Shown here: one piece after another, positions 8,192 through 16,651 of the stretch | How the letters are laid out: the number at the start of each line of letters is the position of its first letter | Numbering within the stretch: the stretch's first letter is position 1 | Program-made: the position numbers and the translations under genes | The notes under the pieces: model-generated | Told to the model about the DNA's origin: nothing | Database searches by the model: none | The model's input: the letters and a program-made list of their open reading frames with translations, nothing else | From: a virus | Lineage: Duplodnaviria > Caudoviricetes | IMG/VR virus record: IMGVR_UViG_3300031965_000116 | Span: 1-30,154 of that record | Strand: one strand, 5' to 3' | Length of the DNA stretch: 30,154 nt

Positions 8192-8464
8192 ATGAAGAAT
8201 AGCGCATTAATGCCTATGCTTATGAAGAAAGTGATGGAAAAGGCTTCTAAGGCTGAACTTCGTTCGCCTAAGGCTGATGGTGTAGTAATCGAAGTTGAGG
8301 AAGGAGATGAAGGTTTCTGTGAAGAAGCTGCTGATCTTCTAGAGAAGGCCTCTAAAGCTAAGATGTACGATGACTATGAAGCCGCTGAGAAGTACATGAG
8401 ATCACTACATGACTTATGGCATGCAGAGATGGATAATTCTCCATCTGATGATGAAGATTACTAA
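8192..8464 (+). CDS. Small acidic hypothetical protein
   Basis: RBS AGGAG; carries an in-frame hairpin element. Confidence 0.65.
   Translation: MKNSALMPMLMKKVMEKASKAELRSPKADGVVIEVEEGDEGFCEEAADLLEKASKAKMYDDYEAAEKYMRSLHDLWHAEMDNSPSDDEDY
8241..8277 (+). repeat. In-frame mini-hairpin element flanked by a CTAAGGCTGA direct repeat
   Basis: CTAAGGCTGA-ACTTCGTTCGC-CTAAGGCTGA. Confidence 0.9.
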
Positions 8465-8517
8465 TCAACACTAATCTAATCCCCTGAATCACAGCTAATA
8501 ATCACTGCACATAAACT

Positions 8518-9954
8518 ATGACTAGAAATATCAATATTGAACCATGCCCAACAATCAGAACACGTAATAGTGTTGACTGGGCTATTGATCCGGGGGAACC
8601 CCTCAAGCGAAGACGTCGGCTTGGGCGTGGACTAAACTATCAGGCAGCTGATGGCACATTCAAGCCAGCGTCTTCACAATTCTCAATAGCTGGGACTAAC
8701 CAGCCAACTAACCTAGCAACTAGAATATCAGCTCAATATGCAAGTACAGAAGCTCCTCTGTTTTTCTGGGCAGGCGATGCTGATCAACCACTAAATCGAG
8801 CAACAATAGTTATAGCACCAGATGAAGATCCAAGCTTCTCTATAGCTATAACAGCTGTTGCACCAGACAATGTAGTTGAGACTCAGATAACTGATGGTAA
8901 TAAAGTCATCTGGCCTAACTTCTGGAAGAATGCAGATCTTGAGTGGACTCATGGAAGTGATTTAGCTAAGAAGGTTATACGGTTAACTGAGCCAGGACAT
9001 AACTTCTCTTGGAGATTCAAATATAAACTACCTCCAGGAGCTACTTACACCCTAGTTAATAACATTCTAAGTATCTTTACCCAAGATGGTAGAAAAGTAT
9101 TCTCTACCAAATATCCTTACGGACATGACGCTAATGGACCTATCCGTGGTAAAAGTTTTAGATGTAGCTTTGAACAGATAGGAACCTGGGGTCCAGAGAA
9201 CCAGTGGCCTATATGTGAATTATCTACTAATCCTGATGACTTTGATAGCGCTGTATACCCAATCGAAATTGATCCTACAGTTACCAAAACAGGTTCTTCT
9301 GAGATTGAAGATAATACACTAATTGACGGTGGCGGAATTGAGGAATGGGGCACAGGAGGCAGTGAAGATCTCTATCTAGGAGTTTATGCTCCTGGTGGAC
9401 CATACATACATAGCATCATTATGCGGACTTTAGGTGATGCTTTACCGGGTGGTATAACTGCTATCAGACTTTATTTGAAAGAGTTCAACCAGTTTGGATC
9501 TGCTACTGGATCTCCAGCTGTCGCCTATCAGATTGCATCAGACAATAATGACTGGGAACCTGGTACTGAGAATTTTGCACCAGCCGATAGAAGCTGCTCA
9601 GGATATAAAAAACGGGAGCCTCCATCGGTTGAATGGGCTGGTGGCTATAACTCTAGATGTGGAGTTATTGGGACAGATATCCTAGCCGAGGGAGGAGGTC
9701 AGCCAGAGTCTACTCCTGATTTACTCTCAGAGGCTACTGGTAGTTGGTATCAATGGGACATCCCAGTTGATTGGGATATCGATGTTGCTGGTGTACTCTT
9801 AAAGCAAGAGACTGAAACTGATTCATGCCTAGCGTACTTTCGATCTACTGATTATGGAACAGCTAATGAAAGACCATATTTTGAGATTGATTATTCAGAG
9901 GGCGGCGTAGCAGCTTACTATTACAATAATTTGATATTACGAGGACGTAGATAA
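8518..9954 (+). CDS. Putative virion appendage or receptor-binding protein with a C-terminal DNRLRE-like beta domain
   Basis: YPIEIDPTV linker, then a domain with ITAIRLYL, WYQWDI and FRSTDYGTANERPYFEIDY. Located in the structural module. Confidence 0.5.
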   Translation: MTRNINIEPCPTIRTRNSVDWAIDPGEPLKRRRRLGRGLNYQAADGTFKPASSQFSIAGTNQPTNLATRISAQYASTEAPLFFWAGDADQPLNRATIVIAPDEDPSFSIAITAVAPDNVVETQITDGNKVIWPNFWKNADLEWTHGSDLAKKVIRLTEPGHNFSWRFKYKLPPGATYTLVNNILSIFTQDGRKVFSTKYPYGHDANGPIRGKSFRCSFEQIGTWGPENQWPICELSTNPDDFDSAVYPIEIDPTVTKTGSSEIEDNTLIDGGGIEEWGTGGSEDLYLGVYAPGGPYIHSIIMRTLGDALPGGITAIRLYLKEFNQFGSATGSPAVAYQIASDNNDWEPGTENFAPADRSCSGYKKREPPSVEWAGGYNSRCGVIGTDILAEGGGQPESTPDLLSEATGSWYQWDIPVDWDIDVAGVLLKQETETDSCLAYFRSTDYGTANERPYFEIDYSEGGVAAYYYNNLILRGRR

Positions 9955-9957
9955 CCA

Positions 9958-12900
9958 ATGAAGCTAATCAAGCATAACGAGAGTACAGCATCTAGACGGA
10001 GGGTTTACTTTCAACTCGTAGATGCAACTGATGGTCTTACAGCAGAAACTGGTGAAGCTAGTGGACAGCCACAGATATCAATTGATGGAGCTACCTGGAC
10101 AGATACAGGTATTGGTACACTCAACGCAATTGGTAATGGTCGCTACTATGCTGAGCTGACACAGGCATCCCTTGGGACCGTCGGAAGCTATATCGAGACT
10201 AGATATAAGAGCGCTAACACTGCTGAGGGAGTTGGTGATTCAGTACATGTTATTGCTCTTGATCTTAATGATGCAACTAATGCTGGTATTGGATACATTG
10301 ATACTTCACTATCAACTCGTCTTGCCCCAACTACGTCTGGATTAACTTTAGATGTAAGCTCTACTGGTGAAGCTGCCCTTGACTTTAGTAATATCAAATC
10401 GCCTACAGTTGCTACTGATCTAACTTTAATCTCAATTGGTAATGTCAATGATGTAATCCATGGAGTTAATTTAACATCGTCTGGCTCAGCTACATTAGTA
10501 GCAACGATTGTTGATGACGTGTGGGATGAGGCTATGACTTCTCACGTCGATGCTGATTCAGCTGCTGAGTATCTTAAGAATACAGCTGATATCCTTACTG
10601 ATACAGCTGAGATTGGGGTAGCTGGGGTTGGTCTTGCAAACCTTGGCGACGCAAGGCTAGATAACCTTGATGCACTAATATCTTCTAGAAGTAGTCATTC
10701 AGCTGCAGATGCAGCAGATGCAGTATGGGACGAAGCTATTGCTGGTCATTTAAGTGCTGGTTCAACTGGAGAAACTCTAAATGATACAGCTTCTACTGTT
10801 TCTACTAATCTAGATGATACGATAACTGGTATACCTGCTGCAGTAGATACAGAGTTAACTTCATCTCATGGAGCTGGAGATTGGACAGGTGGAAGTTCTT
10901 TAACAGCTGGAGAGATTGCTTCAGGTGTTTGGGAACTTGATATGACTCAATTTGGTTTCAGTGAAACTGCTGGCAAGTTATTGAGATCAGGTCGTATGGA
11001 ATACGGAACTGTTGCTGCAGGTTCAGGCTCAAGCACGATAGCTATGGGAGCAAGTGCTAATGGTACAAATAACTTCTACAACAGTGCAGTTATCCAGGTA
11101 CTCAGTGGAAATGCTGTTGGCCAAGCTCGTAAGATAAAAAGTTATAATGGAACAAGTAAGGTAGCAACTGTATTCCCAGCGTGGATTACAGTTCCAGGTA
11201 GCGGAGATACTTGGACTACCTTAGCAGATGGTAGTGCTACTATAGAAGAAATTGCTGATCAAGTTTGGGATGAAAACATTACTGATCATATCCCAGCTGG
11301 TGATTCTGCTGCCGAATCTCTAAGAGGAGCCTGGGATGACACTCAAGCTTATCTTGACGCTACTATCTCAAGTAGATCTTCTCATTCAGCTGCTGATGTA
11401 GATACTGAGTTATCAGGTACTCATGGTGCTGGAAGCTGGGAAAGCAGTGGATCATTAACAGTAGGATCTATTGTTTCAGGTGTTTGGGATGAACCTACAG
11501 CTGATCATCAAATTGCTGGGACTACAGGTAAAGCATTAACTGACGCTTCATCTGCTGGAGATCCATGGTCAACTGCTCTACCAGGTAGTTATGCAACTGG
11601 AACAGCTGGTCATACACTTTACCAAAATCTAGATGTAGCAGTAAGTTCACGTCTAGCTCCAACGGTCAGTGGATTGACTTTAGATGTATCGGCTACGGGT
11701 GAGGCTGGTTTAGATTTTAACAACATTAAGGCTGCTTCTTCTCCTACAACGTTGAGCAATATTACTGTTCCGACTACAACAGATATAACTAATGATGTTA
11801 ATCTTTCCGATACGGATATAGATGACATTGCGACAACTACTTCTGGATTACTAAATAGTCATGGAACAGGTTCATGGGAGACTAGTAGCTTACCTACTGC
11901 AGAAGAAATTGCTGATGCAGTATGGGATGAGCCAGCAGGAGATCATCTAACTGCTCTTAGCACGGGCAAATCTCTAACAGATATAGAAGCATCGGTAGTA
12001 ACGATCGAGAGTATAACAACTGGAGTGAACGGCTTTATTGCCACGAAAGCCGTTGTTGATGCAATACTAGTTGATACAGCCGAGATAGGTATTGCTGGTG
12101 CTGGATTAACTAATATTAACTTGCCAGATCAGACAATGGATATCATAGGTAATATTACTGGAAACCTATCTGGTTCAGTAGGATCGGTAGTTGCAGATGT
12201 TAACATTATTGATGCAGATATAGACGATATCGCAGAGACTACTTCTGGATTGCTGAATTCACACGGAACGGGAAGTTGGACAACCGCAACGGGATTCTCT
12301 ACTCTTACAGTAGCAGATATCCTTGCAGACTCAACTCCATTTAATGGAGCTAATGTAGACGTAGCTATAAGTACAAGATCTACATTAACTCAAGCAGATA
12401 TCCTAAATGATGCCACTCCATTTACAGGAGCTAGTATTGAAGCTATTTTAGAGGATACGGATAGCTTAGATACTACTAAGATTACTACAGCTAGAGCTGA
12501 TAATTTTGATAATTTAGATACCACGATATCATCTAGAGGAACCAGTGATTTAGTTATTACCGATATTCTCTCAGACTCAACTCCGTTTGACGGTGCCAAT
12601 ATTGATGTAGCTATAACTACAAGGTCTTCACATAGTGCTTCAGACGTAGCTGATGCAGTCTGGGATGAAGCGATAGCTGGTCATTTAAGTGCTGGAAGTA
12701 CTGGAGCTGCACTCTCGGCTGCAGGAGCAGCTGGAGACCCTTGGAGCACTGCTCTTCCTGGTAGCTATGCAACTGGAACAGCTGGATATTTGATGAGTAA
12801 TCTAGAAACTAATATCTCATCAAGTGTTTGGAATGAGACTATCTCTGGGCACCTAGATTCGGGATCAACTGGACAAGCTCTAAATATAGCTTCTGGACAA

Positions 12901-13623
12901 GGATCAGGATTACCTGAAGTGGTTTATGATTTGAGTACAACTCTAGGTCAGCTAATAACAAGAGTTAGACAGCGTTCTGAGCAGGAAAACAGTCAATTTG
13001 TCTCTGACGATGAGATTGTGACCTACATCAATGCAAGCCTATCTGAGCTCTATGATCTTATGATCAATGAATATGGAGAGGATTACTTCATTAGCACAGA
13101 TACCATCACTACAACTGCTGGAACATCTGATTACACACTACCAGATGATTTCTATAAGTTTGTAAGCATTGATTTGAATGCTAATGGTAATGTCAATTAC
13201 TCTCTACAGAGATTCAACTTCTCTGAGCGTAATAAGTATCAGAATACTGGATATTCAGTTGGTACAGTGTCCAGTACTGCTCCATTCAAATACACAATAC
13301 TTGGTAATAATGTTAAGCTATTGCCAGTTCCACAAGGAACACACACCTTGACAATGTATTATGTACCTCAGCCACCAGTCCTAGATAATACAGCTACTGA
13401 GGTTTCTGCACAGATACCAGCTGGTTGGCTAGAATACGTGGTGATTGACTCTGCTATTAAAGTAATGGCTAAGGAAGAATCTGATACGACAGTCTTAGAG
13501 CGTGAGAAGTTCAGCCTAGCAGCTAGAATTAAGAATATGGCTAACAATAGAGATTCTGAATCACCTGAGTCAGTCACAGACGTTCAAGGTTCTCATAGCG
13601 TTACCGATACAGGATGGTTTTAA
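9958..13623 (+). CDS. Large VWDE-repeat virion protein fused to a C-terminal head-tail adaptor domain
   Basis: About 990 aa of A/T/S/G/D-rich repeats, then TTLGQLITRVRQRSEQENSQFVSDDEIVTYINASLSELYDLM...EYVVIDSAIKVMAKEESD, which resembles podovirus adaptor (tail tubular A-like) proteins. Confidence 0.7.
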   Translation: MKLIKHNESTASRRRVYFQLVDATDGLTAETGEASGQPQISIDGATWTDTGIGTLNAIGNGRYYAELTQASLGTVGSYIETRYKSANTAEGVGDSVHVIALDLNDATNAGIGYIDTSLSTRLAPTTSGLTLDVSSTGEAALDFSNIKSPTVATDLTLISIGNVNDVIHGVNLTSSGSATLVATIVDDVWDEAMTSHVDADSAAEYLKNTADILTDTAEIGVAGVGLANLGDARLDNLDALISSRSSHSAADAADAVWDEAIAGHLSAGSTGETLNDTASTVSTNLDDTITGIPAAVDTELTSSHGAGDWTGGSSLTAGEIASGVWELDMTQFGFSETAGKLLRSGRMEYGTVAAGSGSSTIAMGASANGTNNFYNSAVIQVLSGNAVGQARKIKSYNGTSKVATVFPAWITVPGSGDTWTTLADGSATIEEIADQVWDENITDHIPAGDSAAESLRGAWDDTQAYLDATISSRSSHSAADVDTELSGTHGAGSWESSGSLTVGSIVSGVWDEPTADHQIAGTTGKALTDASSAGDPWSTALPGSYATGTAGHTLYQNLDVAVSSRLAPTVSGLTLDVSATGEAGLDFNNIKAASSPTTLSNITVPTTTDITNDVNLSDTDIDDIATTTSGLLNSHGTGSWETSSLPTAEEIADAVWDEPAGDHLTALSTGKSLTDIEASVVTIESITTGVNGFIATKAVVDAILVDTAEIGIAGAGLTNINLPDQTMDIIGNITGNLSGSVGSVVADVNIIDADIDDIAETTSGLLNSHGTGSWTTATGFSTLTVADILADSTPFNGANVDVAISTRSTLTQADILNDATPFTGASIEAILEDTDSLDTTKITTARADNFDNLDTTISSRGTSDLVITDILSDSTPFDGANIDVAITTRSSHSASDVADAVWDEAIAGHLSAGSTGAALSAAGAAGDPWSTALPGSYATGTAGYLMSNLETNISSSVWNETISGHLDSGSTGQALNIASGQGSGLPEVVYDLSTTLGQLITRVRQRSEQENSQFVSDDEIVTYINASLSELYDLMINEYGEDYFISTDTITTTAGTSDYTLPDDFYKFVSIDLNANGNVNYSLQRFNFSERNKYQNTGYSVGTVSSTAPFKYTILGNNVKLLPVPQGTHTLTMYYVPQPPVLDNTATEVSAQIPAGWLEYVVIDSAIKVMAKEESDTTVLEREKFSLAARIKNMANNRDSESPESVTDVQGSHSVTDTGWF

Positions 13624-13626
13624 TCA

Positions 13627-13953
13627 ATGGGCCTTGTCTATGAAAGAAGTATTGAGCTAGCTTATGGCGTTCCAGATAGCTCATCAACACAGAAGATTCT
13701 GGCTACCAATACAGTATCTGGAGTAACCACTAATCCTAGAAAAGTTTATAGACTAGTTTCAGATATTCCTATTCACTTTGAATTCTCTACTACTGCTAGT
13801 GCAGATACAAATTCAGAGATTCTACCTGCTGGGCTAGTAGAGTATTTTGGTACTGGAGAAGCTTCTGGAGTCTTCTCAGTTGTCAGGAATGGAACCGTTA
13901 ATGGCATTTGTTGGATAACTCCAATGATTCCAGCTAATAGCTACGTGAAATAA
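13627..13953 (+). CDS. Small beta-rich virion protein, paralog of 26606-26932
   Basis: Both are 108 aa and share MG..YERS.EL..G, TVSG, YR...D, STT.SA, LPA..VEY.G and terminal VK. Confidence 0.7.
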   Translation: MGLVYERSIELAYGVPDSSSTQKILATNTVSGVTTNPRKVYRLVSDIPIHFEFSTTASADTNSEILPAGLVEYFGTGEASGVFSVVRNGTVNGICWITPMIPANSYVK

Positions 13954-13972
13954 CGATGGGAGATATTTAGAC

Positions 13973-16213
13973 ATGGCAGTTAAAACATCAGCTGGAATTT
14001 CTTCATCTAGTGTTGTCTATGGAGATTCAAATAATCTCGATGCTTTTCAAAGATTGAGAGTCTCTGAAATAACTAGTCTAGCTAACATCAGCCAACATGT
14101 CCATGCTTGGGATGGATTGATTGATGTTGAAAAGATAGGGACTGGAGATGTGGTTTACGACAATCCTAACTCTAGAAGGGTCTTAACTACATCAGCAGAT
14201 GAAGATGCGATTATCTGCCAGACATTCCCAAGATCGCCGTATCAGGCTGGGAAGGCTTTAAGTCATGGAGAGCCTGTACTCACTAATAAGGGATGGGTCA
14301 ATATTGAAGATATACAAATTGGAGACTTGGTATTTGATGGCAAAGGTCAATTAACTCCGGTAACAGGTGTATACCCTCAAGGTATGAGAGATATACTTAG
14401 AGTCACATTTGGTGATGGTATTTATGTAGATTGTGACAAAGATCATCTATGGAAACTATTACAAACAAGTCAAAATACTCATCCTGGTAAATCTTTTGTT
14501 CTATCTGCTCAAGAAATTCTAGATAAATATGGAAGCACTCCTGTGTGCCAGAAGCGTGTCAAAATACCAAGATCTCCTGTATTAGAAATACAGGAGAAGC
14601 CAGTTCCTATAGATCCTTACACATTAGGCGTAATCTTGGGTGATGGGCATATACAAAAACATGGGTCAGTTTCTGTTACTTCTGCTGATCCAGAGATACT
14701 TGAACATTTAAAATGCGACAAGTTGACTAAACGTAAAAGTAAATATGGCTATGGAGTTTTTGGTCTATCTAAAAAGATCAAAGCATTAGACTTAAATGGA
14801 AAAGTAGCTAAAGATAAATTCATCCCAAACGAATATAAACTAAACAGTAGAGAAGTGAGATTGTCTATTTTACAAGGCTTAATGGACACTGATGGCACTG
14901 TTGATAAACGTAGCGGTTGTGCGTATTATTGCACAATTAGTGATAAGTTAGCTGATGATGTAGAATTTCTTGCTCAGTCTCTAGGTGGGGAAGTACGGAG
15001 AAGGATTAAAGAACCTTTCTATTATAAAGATGGGTACAGAATATATTGTAATCGTGCACATATTCTGCACTTAAGACTTCCCTTCAATCCTTTTAAATTG
15101 AGTAGAAAAGCTTCTATGTGGAAAAGGAAGAATAATACCCTTGATAAGTTTATTTATTCAATCAAGCCAATTGGTAGAAGTCTAGCTACTTGTATAAGAG
15201 TAAAGAGTGAAGATCATACCTTTTTAACAAAAGGTTGTACAGTAACCCACAACTCCCAGCAGATATTGATGACCTTTGCTAATCTCACTCCAGAAGATAA
15301 TGTTATCAAGAGAATTGGTTATTTCTCATCTCCTGGCTCATTAACTCCATTTGATGATAATAAAGATGGACTGTTCTTAGAATCGTCTAATGGAGTAATG
15401 TCGATCAATATCTATAAGTCTGGAGAGGTGGTTGAGTCTACATCACAGGCTGATTGGAATATTGATTCATTTGGTGCAGGCTCAGTTAATTCTAGTGGAT
15501 TTGAGATCAATTGGGATAACTGCCAGATCCTACAAGTAGACTTTCAATATCTAGGTGTTGGCAGAGTTAGATGGAATCTAGTTATTGATGGAATAGTTCT
15601 CCCATTTCATGAATCTCTTCATGCAAATAATAGAGATACTGTTTACATGCAGTCTCCAGACCAGCCTTTAAGATGGGAAGTTAGACAGACAGGAGCTGGA
15701 AGTGGATCCTTTAACTTTATCTGTGCATCAGTAGGTACTGAAGGATCAATTAATAAGCTTGGTGATTCAAGAGCAGTTAACACAGGTAATACAGCTCTAA
15801 GCTTTCCTCTAAGTGGGACTGAATATGCAGTTCTAGGTATTAGGCTTCAAGATGGAAAACCAGCTGCTGAAGTTAACCATATCTCAACTTCAGTGTTGAT
15901 TACATCTAATAACAAAGATGCTAGATGGTCTCTCGTATTGAATCCAGTTATGACAAGTGGGCTTACCTATACTCCTATTCAAGATTCATCTATTGAGTAT
16001 GCAGTAGGTGGAAATCAATATGTAATTACTTCAGGGACCTTCTTCTATAATGAAGTGATTACTGCAGATATCGTATCAATCTCTCCTTTTGAAACATTAA
16101 GGAAGATCGGCGTGGCTATTGACGGAACTCAAGATGAGCTTGTTCTTGGCGTAACTCCACTGTCAACAAATATAGATGTGTTTGCAGCGATGAATGCAAG
16201 CGAGCTAACTTAA
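13973..16213 (+). CDS. Putative virion structural protein interrupted by a LAGLIDADG intein (413 aa after splicing)
   Basis: Extein motifs DAFQRLRVSE, YQAGK|SQQILMTF and DFQYLGVGRVR are beta-rich and typical of phage virion proteins. Located in the tail module. Confidence 0.7.
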   Translation: MAVKTSAGISSSSVVYGDSNNLDAFQRLRVSEITSLANISQHVHAWDGLIDVEKIGTGDVVYDNPNSRRVLTTSADEDAIICQTFPRSPYQAGKALSHGEPVLTNKGWVNIEDIQIGDLVFDGKGQLTPVTGVYPQGMRDILRVTFGDGIYVDCDKDHLWKLLQTSQNTHPGKSFVLSAQEILDKYGSTPVCQKRVKIPRSPVLEIQEKPVPIDPYTLGVILGDGHIQKHGSVSVTSADPEILEHLKCDKLTKRKSKYGYGVFGLSKKIKALDLNGKVAKDKFIPNEYKLNSREVRLSILQGLMDTDGTVDKRSGCAYYCTISDKLADDVEFLAQSLGGEVRRRIKEPFYYKDGYRIYCNRAHILHLRLPFNPFKLSRKASMWKRKNNTLDKFIYSIKPIGRSLATCIRVKSEDHTFLTKGCTVTHNSQQILMTFANLTPEDNVIKRIGYFSSPGSLTPFDDNKDGLFLESSNGVMSINIYKSGEVVESTSQADWNIDSFGAGSVNSSGFEINWDNCQILQVDFQYLGVGRVRWNLVIDGIVLPFHESLHANNRDTVYMQSPDQPLRWEVRQTGAGSGSFNFICASVGTEGSINKLGDSRAVNTGNTALSFPLSGTEYAVLGIRLQDGKPAAEVNHISTSVLITSNNKDARWSLVLNPVMTSGLTYTPIQDSSIEYAVGGNQYVITSGTFFYNEVITADIVSISPFETLRKIGVAIDGTQDELVLGVTPLSTNIDVFAAMNASELT
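14255..15253 (+). mobile_element. Ala-start class 3-type intein with LAGLIDADG homing endonuclease (333 aa)
   Basis: Starts ALSHGEPVLTNKGW. Block B DHLW (Trp), block F ATCIRV (Cys), block G TVTHN/S (Thr). Endonuclease motifs LGVILGDG and LQGLMDTDG. Confidence 0.92.
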
Positions 16214-16651
16214 TATCTTTTTTGTTAGCTGTGATGGAAGGGATTAACTCTTCAATCGTAATTACGTCGAGCCCTTCTGGGCGAGCTAACTTACAGAATG
16301 TGAATAACTAATAATGGAATGGAATCAATTACACACAGATAACAAAGATTGGAATATTCCATTTAGGATTAGCTGTGATGAATGTAATGAATAGACTTAT
16401 CACCAAAATCTCTATTCTAAACTCATCACATTGTATTTAAGAGTTAATGTGTAGCTTGTTCCCCCGCAAGGGGGACGTAATTACGATGTTTTGGATGAGT
16501 TAATGAATACTTGGTGAGCTTGACCCTCTAGTCAGTCGGCCCTGCGAGCCTTATAACCATCCATAGGAGTAATGTAATCGATTTGGAAAAGCTGTCAAGT
16601 AGCTGTGATGAAGATATCTAAACTTTTTTAATAGGAAATGTACAATTTACA
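16200..16651. promoter_or_regulatory. Repeat-rich intergenic region (regulatory hub, origin or ncRNA candidate)
   Basis: TAGCTGTGATG three times, GCGAGCTAACTTA twice, an inverted pair of ATCGTAATTACGTC each next to a GC hairpin. Confidence 0.6.
16571..16598 (-). promoter_or_regulatory. Candidate leftward sigma70-type promoter
   Basis: Minus strand reads TTGACA-16 nt-TACATT. Confidence 0.45.

Noticed and set aside
9958-12930. Repeats as diversity-generating retroelement template/variable repeats
   Set aside because: Copies differ mostly at synonymous positions rather than adenines, and no reverse transcriptase is in the window.
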